Shown: positions 50,413-63,700 of the stretch, piece after piece
Position numbering within the stretch: the first letter of the stretch is position 1
How the letters are laid out: each line of letters begins with the position of its first letter
DNA from: Marsupella aquatica
Taxonomy: Eukaryota; Plantae; Marchantiophyta
Reading direction: 5' to 3'
NCBI GenBank assembly: GCA_973895155.1
Contig: OZ316899.1
Location: 10,939,135 to 11,003,134 of the forward strand
DNA: 64,000 nt
Notes under the pieces: model-generated
Database searches by the model: none
The model's input: only the letters and a program-made list of their open reading frames with translations
What the model was told of the DNA's origin: nothing
Position numbers and translations under genes: made by a program

Positions 50413-53400
50413 TGTTATACCCTAACTAGGATTAGATATCTTAACCCGAGTTAAGATCTAACCAAGATCTAACTCAACTACCTCATGTATATATATTGGA
50501 CACATGAATAAGATTCATTACATTGTTGGAGTATATGGTTTGTAACACGTTATCAGCACGAATGCATTTTTTTTCCCACGAAGAGGTGCTAAACCATAAG
50601 GGGAGATCCGAAGAGTTTTTCCCAAAAGATGAGCACTTTTGGCCACATTTGAGGGCCATTTCTTGATAGAAACCTCGAGTAGAACGACATGGGCCCCTGT
50701 TCGTCTATGGCTTGAGAACGATAGACCACCATCTAGAGATCTTATGAGCGAGCGAGCAATAGGTAAACAGTAGGACCATAGAGACAGAACGAAAAAAGAA
50801 ATACGTAGGGCCAGCCGCAGTCTAATCCAAAGGAATTGAAACGAAAGGAAATCGGCAGAAGAGTAGAACTTCTTGAAACCCACAGTAACTCAAGACAAAT
50901 CCCGCAGACGACGCATAGCACACACGAAGGAACGATAGCGCCAATTCAGCACGAAGACCAAGCCCCGGACAAAGCCACGAGGCGCCATTCCGCAGATAGC
51001 ACCACACAATCCAGACACAATTCAGACACAATTCGACGCTCGCCGCCCGTAGCCACTGAAATCACAATTCGATGCTTCGCCGCCTGTAGCCATCTATGTA
51101 GGATTTGACTCAACATCTATCATACGATACATGGAACCTTCAACCACTGACATATTTAAAGCCCGTTTCAGCGATTGCCATTTCTATGAAAACATTTTCC
51201 CAACCATTAACACGCAAGAGGGAAAACATAAGTCATACACCAAAACACTCACATGGCAAGCTTCCCCGGCACTTTGCCCAGATCCTCGAACTAACCAAAC
51301 TGAACTAGAAGTCAATAGGATACTTCAATTAACCAAGATCATGGAGTCCCTACCCGACTCATTTGCTAAAGGCTACACACAAGTTTATGGAACTGACTAT
51401 GCCCTGACATACTCACCTGTCATGGACGTCACCACATACCGCTATTTGATAGCATTTGCTATACACAACAAACTGTTAATGCAACAAATGGATGTTGTTA
51501 TCGCTTACCTTTATGGTAAACTGGACAACATGATTTATATGGAAGCCCCGCCTGAACTCATTGAGAGAGTAAACTTCCATGCAAATTCAAAACATAATCC
51601 ACATATGCACAATGATAATAGTGCAAAATCATTTGACTATATGAACAAATTGGTACTCCACAATGCTTCTAAAGCAATTGCATTACAAGAACCTAGAAAG
51701 GATCATAAGGCAACCGGAGCAAAGACCCGGTATGCAGTTCAAGTCCTTAGTTCCCTTTACGGACTCAAACAGAGTGGACGTACATGGTACCACAGATTCA
51801 AAAATCAAATGATATCCATGGGATATAAGAATTCTGAAATAGCTCCTTGCTTATTTATAAAGCATGAAGGACCTGAATTCATAATCATCGCTATATATGT
51901 TGATGACCTCAACCTCCTTGGTACGAAAAAGATGATGAATGAGTCAATGCAAACACTAAAAAGCGTTTTTGAAATGAGAGACATGGGCAGAACTTCTTAT
52001 TGCATTGGACTCCAATTTGAACATTTGGAAAAAGGCATTCTTTTACACCAAACTACTTACACAAAGAAAATATTACAACAATTCAGAATGAATATGTTGA
52101 AGCCTGTTAAATCCCCCATGGACATCCGTACCCTTGATAAGGATAAGGATATGTTTAGAAAAAGAGAAGAATTCGAACCTATATTAGGTTCAGATATGCC
52201 ATACCTTTCGGCTATCGGTGCTCTTATGTTTTTATCCAATCAAACAAGACCAGACATAGCATTTTCTGTCAACCTACTGGCGAGACATAGTTCTCAACCC
52301 ACTATAAGACATTGGAACGGGCTAAAACGGATTTTCAGATACCTTAATGGTACATCCGACCTCGGCCTATATTTTCCTAATGAGGATAACCATAAGTTGA
52401 CAGGATATGTTGACGCCGGATACCTTTCTGATCCACATGACGGTAGATCCCAAACAGGATATATATTCTTAATGGGATCAACACCAATATCTTGGAGAAG
52501 TACTAAGCAAACACTTGCAACCACTTCTTCAAACCATTCAGAAATTATTGCCCTTTATGAGGTTACTCGAGAATGTTTATGGCTAAGGCAAGTAATAGAC
52601 CATATTCTTATTCAAACAGGTAAACAAAACTTAACCATGCCTACAACTATATTTGAAGACAATATGTCATGCATCACTCAAATCAAATCAGGATTTATAA
52701 AAGGTGAACGCACAAAACATATTGCACCCAAGTTCTTTTTCTCACATGAACAACAAGGAAAAGACATCGACATACAATGGATTTCAGGAGAAAAGAACCT
52801 GGCCGACATCCTAACAAAATCTCTACCCCCATCTACTCATAGAACACTAACTCACCTCTTGGGGATGCGAAGTCTTAAGAAACTGATGCAGGATTCTAAC
52901 ATTGAGGGGGAGAATGGATTTTTCTACAACAACACCATTGAAGAAGAATGATTACTTACTATGAAGAAGCAAACCATCAATACTACCACAAAGGAGATCA
53001 AGACATCCTCAAGAACAACAATAACTCAAATACAGTACAATGAAGACGATGGAGACAACAACCTCTATGGAACCTAACAACATAGAAAACACAAATAAAT
53101 AAACCAATATTGTACTCTAGACCTAACATACATACAAAATAGATCATACAAAAGAGATGGAAGGTGGCAATACTCTTTCCTTCCATGATGTTAGTAGGGA
53201 AGGTTTTAATGAGACTGCACCTCCATCATCTCACAATATAACATAGGTAGAAGATATCTAACTGATAGCAACTTAGATTGGTTGTTATAATTTCATCAAA
53301 AACTATAACACCCAAGGGGGAGTGTTATACCCTAACTAGGATTAGATATCTTAACCCGAGTTAAGATCTAACCAAGATCTAACTCAACTACCTCATGTAT

Positions 53401-53457
53401 ATATATTGGACACATGAATAAGATTCATTACATTGTTGGAGTATATGGTTTGTAACA
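50413..53457 (+). mobile_element. Ty1/copia element (Bianca-like), internally deleted, recent insertion
   Basis: Identical 135-bp LTRs (50413-50547 and 53323-53457, TGTTA...TAACA). TSD ATCGC. PBS-like CGTTATCAGCACG and PPT AAGGGGGAG. Confidence 0.95.
51131..52951 (+). CDS. Truncated copia Pol (integrase tail fused in frame to RT-RNase H)
   Basis: QMDVVIAYLYG, SLYGLKQSGRTWY, IYVDDLN, TRPDIAFSV, GYVDAGY, FEDN, NLADILTK. No gag, protease or integrase core. Confidence 0.88.
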   Translation: MEPSTTDIFKARFSDCHFYENIFPTINTQEGKHKSYTKTLTWQASPALCPDPRTNQTELEVNRILQLTKIMESLPDSFAKGYTQVYGTDYALTYSPVMDVTTYRYLIAFAIHNKLLMQQMDVVIAYLYGKLDNMIYMEAPPELIERVNFHANSKHNPHMHNDNSAKSFDYMNKLVLHNASKAIALQEPRKDHKATGAKTRYAVQVLSSLYGLKQSGRTWYHRFKNQMISMGYKNSEIAPCLFIKHEGPEFIIIAIYVDDLNLLGTKKMMNESMQTLKSVFEMRDMGRTSYCIGLQFEHLEKGILLHQTTYTKKILQQFRMNMLKPVKSPMDIRTLDKDKDMFRKREEFEPILGSDMPYLSAIGALMFLSNQTRPDIAFSVNLLARHSSQPTIRHWNGLKRIFRYLNGTSDLGLYFPNEDNHKLTGYVDAGYLSDPHDGRSQTGYIFLMGSTPISWRSTKQTLATTSSNHSEIIALYEVTRECLWLRQVIDHILIQTGKQNLTMPTTIFEDNMSCITQIKSGFIKGERTKHIAPKFFFSHEQQGKDIDIQWISGEKNLADILTKSLPPSTHRTLTHLLGMRSLKKLMQDSNIEGENGFFYNNTIEEE

Positions 53458-53640
53458 ATCGCACCATTCTCTTATTATCAAACGGAGAGGCCACATGACA
53501 AAAAAGTCATCCATAAACGCAAATGAGAGACTTCAACAAAAATAGAGGTAATTTGACATTGTGTAAATTAATCATCTGCAAATATTGGGAGCCCACATTC
53601 CGTGCAGAAAATCCTACCCTTGAGCGAATCAAACCCAAAT

Positions 53641-53949
53641 CAGAGCAGCACACTCAGCTTCCGCCTCTGAGGGAGCCTGATAGACCAACAGCATAAGGTG
53701 GATTAAGTTAGACAGATGCAGCCAGTAGAGAATCATTTGTCCAAGCCAATGATACTTTAAAAATTATAGTTGAGCAAGCACGGACCAAGTATGGTCTGAC
53801 AGGTGCTAGAAACATAGCAAAAAGGATCTACCCAGGTCATTAGGGCTGTCTACAACTTGCAAATTATGAAAACTTGTCAGTACCTCCACAACAGGTACAC
53901 CTATCAAGCAAAGCAACTTCCGACAATCGTTGTTGTGTTTCTTTGTCAC
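53641..53949 (-). pseudogene. FEN1: Two-exon fragment of flap endonuclease 1
   Basis: Exon 53884-53949 reads VTKKHNNDCRKLLCLIGVPVVE and the exon starting at 53676 reads APSEAEAECAAL, with canonical splice sites. The rest of the gene is not seen. Confidence 0.8.
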
Positions 53950-54174
53950 CTGTGTCCCCAACCCCAAGCAGCACATCAGGACCAGATAAAGCAAACTATG
54001 CCGCCCTTCGACAGCCGTCAAGTGAATCGACCATTCAGAGATGTAACAAAAGAGAGTTATTATAACCAGAAGCTGACTAATCTACTTCTATATACCTGAT
54101 TAACTCTCTAAAAGTCAGCACTTCATCAAACATAATGCGATGTAACAACAGTTCTCAAAGCCAACAACAAGGCA

Positions 54175-54760
54175 CTAACCTACACTCTTGGCCAACGGCA
54201 AGGGGAGTGACGGGTTGTGAATCTTCCCAAGGCCTTGAGGTCGTCTTGGTACTCTTCTTCCTGAAGATTTTGTCTTGGGTGCAAGCTGGGACAAACTATG
54301 ACATCTTTGGAGTGAAGTACTTGGCATCACAATTGGAAGTTTGCGAGGCTTTCCTTGCTTTCTTCTTTGTGGGGCCACCTGTTGCTCCAAATTTGATGCC
54401 TGCACACTCGGACAATGTACATCTGTGTATGATGAAGTACTAATCACATCTGGAATTCTTTTAGGTCTTCCTGGCTTTCTCTTCACCGGGACCTCCTGTT
54501 GCCCCATAGGAGATGTCTGCACACTCTGATTACTCTTGCCATCCACTGGTCGAGAGTTTTTTGGAGGCCTTCCTCGTTTTCTGATTTTTGGAGGCCTTCT
54601 CGTTTTCTCTTCACCGGGACCTCCTGTTGCCCCGTACGAGATGTTTGCACACTCTGATTACTCTTGCCATCCACTGGCCGAGAGTTTTTTGGAGGTCTTC
54701 CTCGTTTTCTCTTCACCAAGACCTCTTGTTGCCCCATAGGAGATGCCTGCACATAGTTGA
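54175..54760 (-). pseudogene. AT-hook repeat protein fragment encoded by a tandem repeat of about 110 bp
   Basis: Repeated SVQTSPMGQQEVPVKRK(R/P)GRP(P)K units, with frameshifts between them. Confidence 0.6.
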
Positions 54761-55194
54761 TGGACAAAATCATACCGCGGGCAACAGACACGTCACTAAA
54801 AAAGACACAGATCAATTGAAACTTCAGGTACAAAGCCTACACAAAAAAAATGTTACACAAGCTCTCACCTGAAATGGAACTTGACACTGTGAGATCCTTC
54901 TATCGAGTTAAGCACTTTCACACAGGTGACAATACCACAAATTATATAGTCAAAAGAAGAAGCAAAATTGTAAATAGATGTACCAAATCTCAGCGGAGCT
55001 CCTCGAGGAGCTCCTACAATGGAGCGTTATGCTCCACTGATGATCCAAGGAATACTCACCTTCCCTCGTCCTCTTCAAAACAAGACAGAAGAACTCCACG
55101 CAACAGGGATATGATCCAACAGAACAAAACCATCAACAATCCGAGTCAACGTACCGTTTCAAAAATAGTAAATTGTTCATCAATCATTCTTTCC

Positions 55195-55350
55195 CTCCGT
55201 GGAGTTCCCACTCTTCTCTCCCTCGTCTTGTCTTGTCTCGTCTTGTCTTGTCTTGTCTTGTCTCGTCCCTCCGTGGAGTCCCCACTCGTCTCATCTCGTC
55301 TCATCTCGTCGCTCCGCGGAGTCCCCACTCGTCTCGTCTTGTCTCGTCTC
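55195..55350. repeat. (TCTTG/TCTCG)n microsatellite with three GGAGT(T/C)CCCACTC units
   Basis: Directly visible repeat. Confidence 0.85.
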
Positions 55351-55869
55351 GTTTTGTTATTGTTTGCTGCACCACTGTCTCCAAGAGAGCTGGGAAGAAG
55401 TAGAAGCGAGGAGACAACGAGATACAAAGAAACCAAGCACGAGCAACAAGACTGAGGCACACAAAGCACGAACGCCACAGACAAAAAATTCAGTTGCAGC
55501 ACAATAACAGGACGAAGAAGGATGCGCATATATGTACCTCATACAAACGTCGAGAAGCGAGGAGGTGGGATCACATGCTATTCACGTGGTTATCCCCTAA
55601 GGGTGTCTAGCACTACCGTAGTGTACCATGAGAGCTGGAAGTGAATACCAAGGCCATGCGTACGATACATCAGCTTTGCTACATTGTCCGGACGTTGTTT
55701 AAGTTGGAGGTGTTGATATTGATTATCTGGTACGTAGTCTTCTCCCAACACGCAGCGTCAACCTGGTCTTCAACCCTGCCCGCGTGCCCAACTGATGATT
55801 GTGTACTCCCATTGCCTGCCCGCCTTGCTGCCCATAATGGCCATCTGAGTACATACGGAATATCTCCAG

Positions 55870-55973
55870 TCATCCCCATCCAAAACATTGGTGTTTTTCA
55901 ATGTGAGAATGACCGCATGCCCCTCCATCACCTTGTCAAATCCATGCTTGATTTTCAATCTAGCTAGGTCCTC
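55870..55973 (-). pseudogene. SART1: SART-1/DOT2 (tri-snRNP protein) exon fragment
   Basis: After an AG acceptor the frame reads DLARLKIKHGFDKVMEGHAVILTLKNTNVLDGD, resembling the plant SART-1 motif DLxGxKVxHGLDKVxEGGAVVLTLKD (recalled, not searched). Confidence 0.65.
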
Positions 55974-56128
55974 TGCATATTACAGACAAAAATAACGACA
56001 CTTAGGAAACATTTCTGGTACTTGTGAAGGAAAATCATCACCCACGGCCGTTCAGATGAATTTCAAAGGAAAGCATCAACATAACATTGCCTTGGGAACT
56101 TAAAATGTTGAACAATAATATTATCACT

Positions 56129-57054
<926 letters not shown>

Positions 57055-57617
57055 GATGGCAGAGTTTTCCCTTGTTCCCGGCTCTGCTACAAACTCACTC
57101 CCAACCTCACTCAGTGAGTCTGGATCTGGCTTTCCCTAAACGTTGCCCTTGCCATCCCCGCCTTGCCCTTGCCTCAGACACTCTTGAGCTCGGCCCAGCC
57201 AGCCAGCCAGCCAATCCCCTTGGTCGTCCGTCCAGTAGCAGCAGGCAGTCAGGCCCTCGTCCCAGCTTTTTGCTTCCACAAAAACTGGAGTCTCAAATGC
57301 ATTGCGTCACCCCTCCCGCTTCGATGAGCAAGCCCTCAAACAATTCTCCAATCTCCAATCACACTCGCCCTACAAACAATCCGTGTCCCAAAGCCTGGGT
57401 GTTGTAGTCTCTACGGATCACAATGCCTGCATGGAGCAAAGAAAGACGCTAATTGACACTTTACCAATTCACGATTGAAATCCCTCTGCCACGGAACAAA
57501 ATAAGAATTCTCAGTTTCAAAATTGGGGCGCTAGCGCCATTTTCCAAATCAAGTAGAGTACACTTCAACAATCTTTATAATTACATTTTCCAAGTGAGAT
57601 GAAGATCAATGGTGCGG

Positions 57618-57765
57618 GCCAGTTGCTGCGGTGTCGATCCATGGCCTCTAGGCCACTTGCTGAAGTGTCAATCCCTGGCCTCCAAGCCACTTGCCAAAGC
57701 ATCAATCGATCCATGGCCTGGCCACTTGCAAAAGTGTCAATCCATGGCCTCTAGGCCACTTGCAC
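57618..57765. repeat. Tandem repeat of about 33 bp (about 4 units)
   Basis: Variants of ATCC(A/C)TGGCCT(CTA)GGCCACTTGC..AAGTGTCA. Confidence 0.8.
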
Positions 57766-57965
57766 CTTTTCATAAAGTAAGTTTGAAATACTTTGGGCTC
57801 ATTTTCAATGGTTGAGCCCTGGCTTATCCAACGAGCAGTAGAGGGGAGACAAGTCAACATAATTGATTTGGATTTGTATCTGGACCCTCCTCCTCCAGCA
57901 GTTGTGTCTCCTCCTCCTTCCTATCCAGGCACGCCTCCCCAACCTGCTGAAAAAAGATTTCTATC

Positions 57966-59160
57966 ATGAGGAAACGTAGCTTGAGTCAGGACACTGTTCA
58001 CAGTGGCAAAAAGTTAGGGAGAGATACTTTTGTCATTACTGTTAGAAACTCTCAAACTAGTTCCTGTCAGCGAGGGTCCCTTGAGAGTACAAATCCTGAG
58101 GGCTCCCCTAGCCCATCGTTACATTCTTCTAGAGATGCACGAGCTTGTTCAAAGGGTCAGGTGCCATTTCAAACAACATTGCCATCTTCTCGGACTCCAC
58201 ACACTTTTCTAGCAGATCAGGTGCCCGAGACAAGCATTGCACATGCAGAGATTCCAGACATGGAGGTTACACGTCAGAAGTCCTCGGTAAATGCTGGCAA
58301 GTGGGTACAACTTCAACTTTTGAGAAGAGAGATAAAGCAAGCACAAGAGTCTATTCAGTTTTTACTCAAAGCAAATCAAAGTGCATTGAAGAATAGTGAA
58401 GAACCGCCTGCTCACTGTAACCCAAGAATTTTGAAGAGAATTTCAAACTCTGTTGTCAGCCACCTGCTCTTGGACAAAGAGCTACTCTATCCTACAGAGG
58501 ATATTCAGCAAGAGGCATTGCTGCATGAATTTGGAATTTCTATCGAAGACAAGAAATCTTGTGATGAATTCGTGAGAGCCTGGAACAACACTACCAGTCA
58601 ACCAAATTTCAAAGCAATCATGAAAGATGCAATGAGGAGGAGAAAAGGATCGCTCACAAAGGTAAGCCTTCAACAAGATCAGAAGTAAAATACTATTCAC
58701 TCTCCTTATGCTGTATAATTATTCTAAAATTCTAGTACTCTTTTATTTTGCAGAGTCTCAAAGATGGGCTGTATCAACAATTGGGAGTCAGGAAGTATCA
58801 CAGAGGATCAACTTTATAGGAGAAAGAATATTTCATAAAAGAACTACAGGTCCACACGCACAATGACGCATGGAGAACCTCTGAGTCAGATGGAATATGG
58901 GACCCTTGGGGTTCTTTAGCAGTGCATGCTGCCATTTCCAAGGCAATCTTTGGAGTTCACTATATCCCGTCTGACATAATTTCACTGTCTCTTGATCTGG
59001 CTGCTTTCATATTTTATGTGCTAACTTTGGCTATGGAGGACCGGAATCTATAGGGCAACGAAAGACTACTCTGGCAGGTGAGTTGGAGGAAATGTCGCAG
59101 AAAATTGTTGAATGGGAGCCATATATGAAGCGCATAGCAATTAAGTGTCCTGACGCTTAG
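57966..59160 (+). pseudogene. Two-exon ORF of unknown function with stops in exon 2
   Basis: 240-aa ORF, a likely GTAAG...TTGCAG intron (about 58662-58753), then a further reading frame with TAG stops. No family recognised. Confidence 0.4.
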
Positions 59161-59662
59161 TATGACAAGAAGCTGATGTATGAACCTGACAAGTTACTTT
59201 TCTGAAAAATAAAACAGGCCGACAATCTACAACTAGTCAGTTGATAGCTATAATCTGCGACTAGATAGTGGACCTACTTTAGTTGTATCTACTTACTGTT
59301 GCAAACCAGATAAACTCTGCGTACTTGTCATTTTCTTTTTGTTTAGTTGTTATTCTCTGTTGCAAATCCAGAGAATCAAATAAAGACGGTCGAGCCGTTA
59401 CTGGACCCCATGCATTTGCCGCTGCCACTGTTTCCTGAAGTTTGCCGCAAACTGCCTGCTGATGAGGGACAGGTGCCACTTCCAGCAGATGATGGACAGG
59501 TGGATGCCCACCCCATGGTACCCCACTGCTGCCAGCTGTAGACGGTCAAGGCGGTGCACCAGCCCATGGTCCACTACTCACAGGAAGAGCTTTGTGTTGC
59601 TTTTCAGACGTAGCCACATTGAGCAACCTTTCTAACCGCATATTGATCCCAAGGCTACCTAA

Positions 59663-60382
59663 GAACTTCAAAGGTGATCCGCGGGGATATAATGAAGGGA
59701 TTGTCGGTGACCCATTCCTGTAGAGATTGCCAAAAACACAACAGAGGTCAACTCACACGGTCTAGATGCACAAATTATGTGACAACTAACCAAAATAACC
59801 CTTCGTAGCCAACAACGGGCTCTCCTGTCAAAACATAAAGAGATTGTAGACTACTGAAATAGTGAAGGGGTTACTTTGTTATTTTCAAACTTGAGCCACT
59901 CTCTTCATTTTCATCAACTTGGTGGTATTTTGTTCATCTTTTGCCTTTCTAATCAAGAACCACAGCTACCCACAATAAAAAAACACAAATACATAGCATT
60001 TGCAGTTACAAGTTTTTAGGCTATCTGACTGAGCTGAAGTATTGCAAGCTAAGCAATCCCCATTCCAAATGCCTCAGGTGGTATTGACTGGGAACTCAAA
60101 GTACTCTATTTGAGCAGCTGACATACCACAGATAGATGTACGAACTGCCAGCTCTAAGTTTAAGAGACGAAGTGAAATGAACGATGAAATGCCCATAAAG
60201 GACCCCACCTCAAACATGAGACTGTATTTTCCATCCCCATTCCGCATCCTCAGATAGGATTGACATGTTTCTGGGTCTTCACCGGGTGGCAAAAGATAGA
60301 TGTCGTACGTTTCTTCGTTCGTGACTGCATTATCACTGCCAAGTGCTTCACGAATTTGATCTTCAGATACCACCCTTGCAGA
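59663..60382 (-). pseudogene. TTM: Two-exon fragment of a TTM1/2-type uridine kinase-CYTH triphosphatase
   Basis: Exon 60209-60382 reads ETYDIYLLPPGEDPETCQSYLRMRNGDGKYSLMFE. The next exon, from 59717, reads EWVTDNPFIIS/RITFEV with a 1-bp frameshift. Confidence 0.85.
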
Positions 60383-60701
60383 CTGTATTACACCAATCTA
60401 TAAATTAGTATTTTCCAATGGCAAAAGGATTAAGTTCGTCGAGCACTAGACCTCTGAAGATTAGACATTATAATGAAAATCACACAAAGGGCCACTCTTC
60501 AAGTGCTCTCAATCTCAGTTATCTTGTTTTTATATCCAATTGTATATGCTGCAATGGAACGCTATCCCTTGAGCTCAAGAAGACCCAATGGACACCCATC
60601 CATGGGTGCACGTCATGCGAAATGTAACAATTGCTCCCAATATGTTAACATGGAACTAAGTGTGACCTAGACAATCCCTTGGAAGAAATTTCAGAATATA
60701 A

Positions 60702-63700
60702 CACTACAACACTATCGGCCGGTTTTGCGAAGACAATCTCATTGCAACTAACAAGCCCCTGATTTTCACAATTATGGCCATTGCAAACATACGCGCATCG
60801 CACCACCTTCGCACTTTGTGAACCTAATAACTTCGCACGCGGACCATCGCAACGGCATTGCAACACCATGGCAAACTGCAAAGCTGAGAGGTTCGCAAGA
60901 TTCAATACTTGTGCGATCCATTATACGTCGCATAAGGTTCGCAAACATACATGCACACGTCCCGCGCGGGCGTCGATATTTGAGAAGGATTTACCATCGC
61001 ATCATATTTGCAAAAGATACTAGTTCAATTGTTTTGATGGGGATTGTATGACAAAGAGCGATACCGGTGATTTCAGAAGTTTGTGAACGGTTTCGATTAG
61101 GAAAGTGCAATCCTAGAAGTATCACAAAAACCCGACATATTTGGATCTGAAGTTCTGAAGTTAATTGACTCAAAAAGTGCGACGCCTTGGGGTTTATATT
61201 GTGCGATGGGAATGAGTTCTTAAAGGGTTCGCAAAATTATGATCACAGAGGATTCAATACATTATTTGCGAGGGGTTTTCCTTGGGACCCAATGTGGAAG
61301 GCAAAATTGTTGTTTTATAAAATGGAAAAGCATGAACAAAATGATAGGGCTTCAAAGAACCCTATACATGGACAAGAGGGGAGAAATATCTGATGCTAGG
61401 TCCGCCCTTCTAAACCTATGCTGCCTCTTCCTACCCTAAGCTTCGGCATGACAAGTCACTCTCATGCATGTATCTCTACAAAATAACTAGAATGGGCTCT
61501 TGTGGCTCCTCTTGGTTGGCTTCTTGGTTGGCTTCTTGCCCTTATCCTTCCGGGGATCCTGTTGGTGACGGGTGCGTGATGGCCATCGGCGCTCCTGCTC
61601 CTGCTGCTCCTCCTGCCCCTCCTGCTCCTCCTCCTCATCCTCAGGGTCCTCCTCCTCCCCCTGGTCATCAACGTGTGCTAATGACACACGACTACCACCA
61701 CTACCACGGTGGGAAGAACCTACCTCACGACTACTCCCCCCCGAGCACCACTAGTACCAGGAGTAGCCCCCTCATCATCATCACTACTGCTCACATCAGC
61801 ACCCGACCCCTCAGGCTCATCCGAATCCTGCATCCATTACATATAGGTAGTTTCCGCAAGACATAAAGGGTCACTCACAATGTTCGCATGCTAATCATAT
61901 GGTTCACACTTAGACACTTACAGAAGCCAACTCGGCATCTACCATCGCAAAGAGGTACTTTCGTCCATGCTCTATCGCCACCTCAATATGCTTTTTTGAT
62001 ATCTTCCTTTTGTACCCCCGTTACTGCCATGCATAAAACCAATTAAAATTGGTTAAATTTGCCCTTAAGCATACCCTATAGCCACAAGTGACGCCTAAAT
62101 CCTCAACTACTAAACACGACCCCAAAAAAATTTAAAATTCAAATTTGCGAACCTATAAGCATGGCAACTTGCAAACCACATTTTTTGCGAAGGCGTTGCG
62201 ATGGAGTTTGCGATGCGCATTTGTTCGCAAAGGCATCGGAAAATTGAAATGGAAAAAGTCCATCATAGACTTTGCGAGGGGTTTGCAAACAAATGTGCAT
62301 CGCAACACCTTCGCAAACTGTGTTCCCAAGAGTTTTTAAAATTTGCCAAAAATTCTAAGTGTCAAAGTTGCCCTAAACTAGTAACCAAGCAAGCATGCAC
62401 AACAGCAAGAACATTCGGGGATGTCATTCACTTGCATTGCACAACTCTGAAAGGAATAGAGAGGTTAGGGAGGAGCAAGAGGCACTCACAAAGTGTGACT
62501 TGAGGCCGGGGAGCCCGCCTTGACCCAACTTGTGGACTGGATTGGGGGTGGATTTCACTCGTTTGGCTGCATGTGTGAAACGCTTGGGTGGCTTTCCCTC
62601 CTGGTCGGCCACCTTCTGCATCTCAACTACCTTCTGCTCAAGTGGCTTTAGGTCATGGTCAGGGGGGAGCTTCCCGGCCTCCTTTGCTTTCAAGGCTCGA
62701 TCTAGATTGCCCTTCCACTCTTCCAACTCGTGAGCTGCCTTAATTTGCACCTCAATCTTGTAAAACAAATTCCAGATGTCCTTGGTGAAGTGGAGGGGTC
62801 TGCACAAGTTCCTGTATGATCTCAAGTCTTTCAGGTGGGCTCTAATCTTCATCCTGTCATGGTATTGCATTTGAGACATAGAATTTGAAATCTTATCTGC
62901 CAACCATTGCTCATCTATGTCAGGCCCATTGCGAAATGCATCCTTGATTTGGTTGATGACCCTCTTTCGCTCTGCCTTCTCAATCTTCCCCCACTGCATG
63001 CCTCGTGAGAAATTGCTTGTGATAATCTGCTTGATTGTGCTCTTAGCCCCTGCATACGCTAGCTCAGTTGGAGTCCCACTCGTCTCCAAGGCAATGAATG
63101 GAAGTTTTGTTCTTGCTTCCTCTTTCTGACGTTGCTCCTCCCTCTGTTTTCGAATTGAATCTCTCTCCTCTCTTCTCTTCTGCTTCTCTAGGGCTTGAGG
63201 AGAGGCAACTCCCGACTTAGTTCTTTCCTCTCTCTTCCTTTTTTTCTCTCTAGCCTTCTCTTCAGCTGCGGCCCTCTCCTCCCCTTCTCTAGTAGCTTGT
63301 CCTGCTACAATCCCAGTTTGCAAAACCTGTCCAAGAATGGCACTCAAAGAGGCAAGCCCTACTGGAGAATTGAGATTCACTTCTCCCAATTGTGCAGCAC
63401 TGAGATGTTGGGCCACTAAGTCTGCCCAGGCATTCTTCTCTTTCTCTGGATTTCCCCCATTGCCACTACCACTACCACCTTGCCCTCCACTCCCCTCACC
63501 GGTAGCCATAGCTCCCCTCTCTCACAGTCTCCCTTGTACTGTCGCGCGCGCCCCGGCCCTTCTCGTCTCGCTCAAAAACTGAAATGAGCCCGAATGCGAG
63601 CTCCCGCCGATGTTTACGCCGTTCAAAAATGGGTTTGCGATGACATACGCATGGGAAACTGCAAAGCCCGCGCCCTCGCAAATAGTCTCGCAACTTGCAA

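Noticed and set aside
54850-55529. ORFs of 100-200 aa on both strands
   Set aside because: They stay open only because of the stop-free TCTTG/TCTCG microsatellite.
55611-55623. CACTACCGTAGTG palindrome as a CACTA remnant or Helitron end
   Set aside because: Only 13 bp, with no 3-bp TSD (TAG versus TAC) and no subterminal repeats. It could be chance.
57525-57540. GGCGCTAGCGCC as another MULE palindrome (a similar site lies at about 47977-47991)
   Set aside because: The arms are arranged differently from TAGCGCCnGGCGCTA, and these are isolated sites outside the element.
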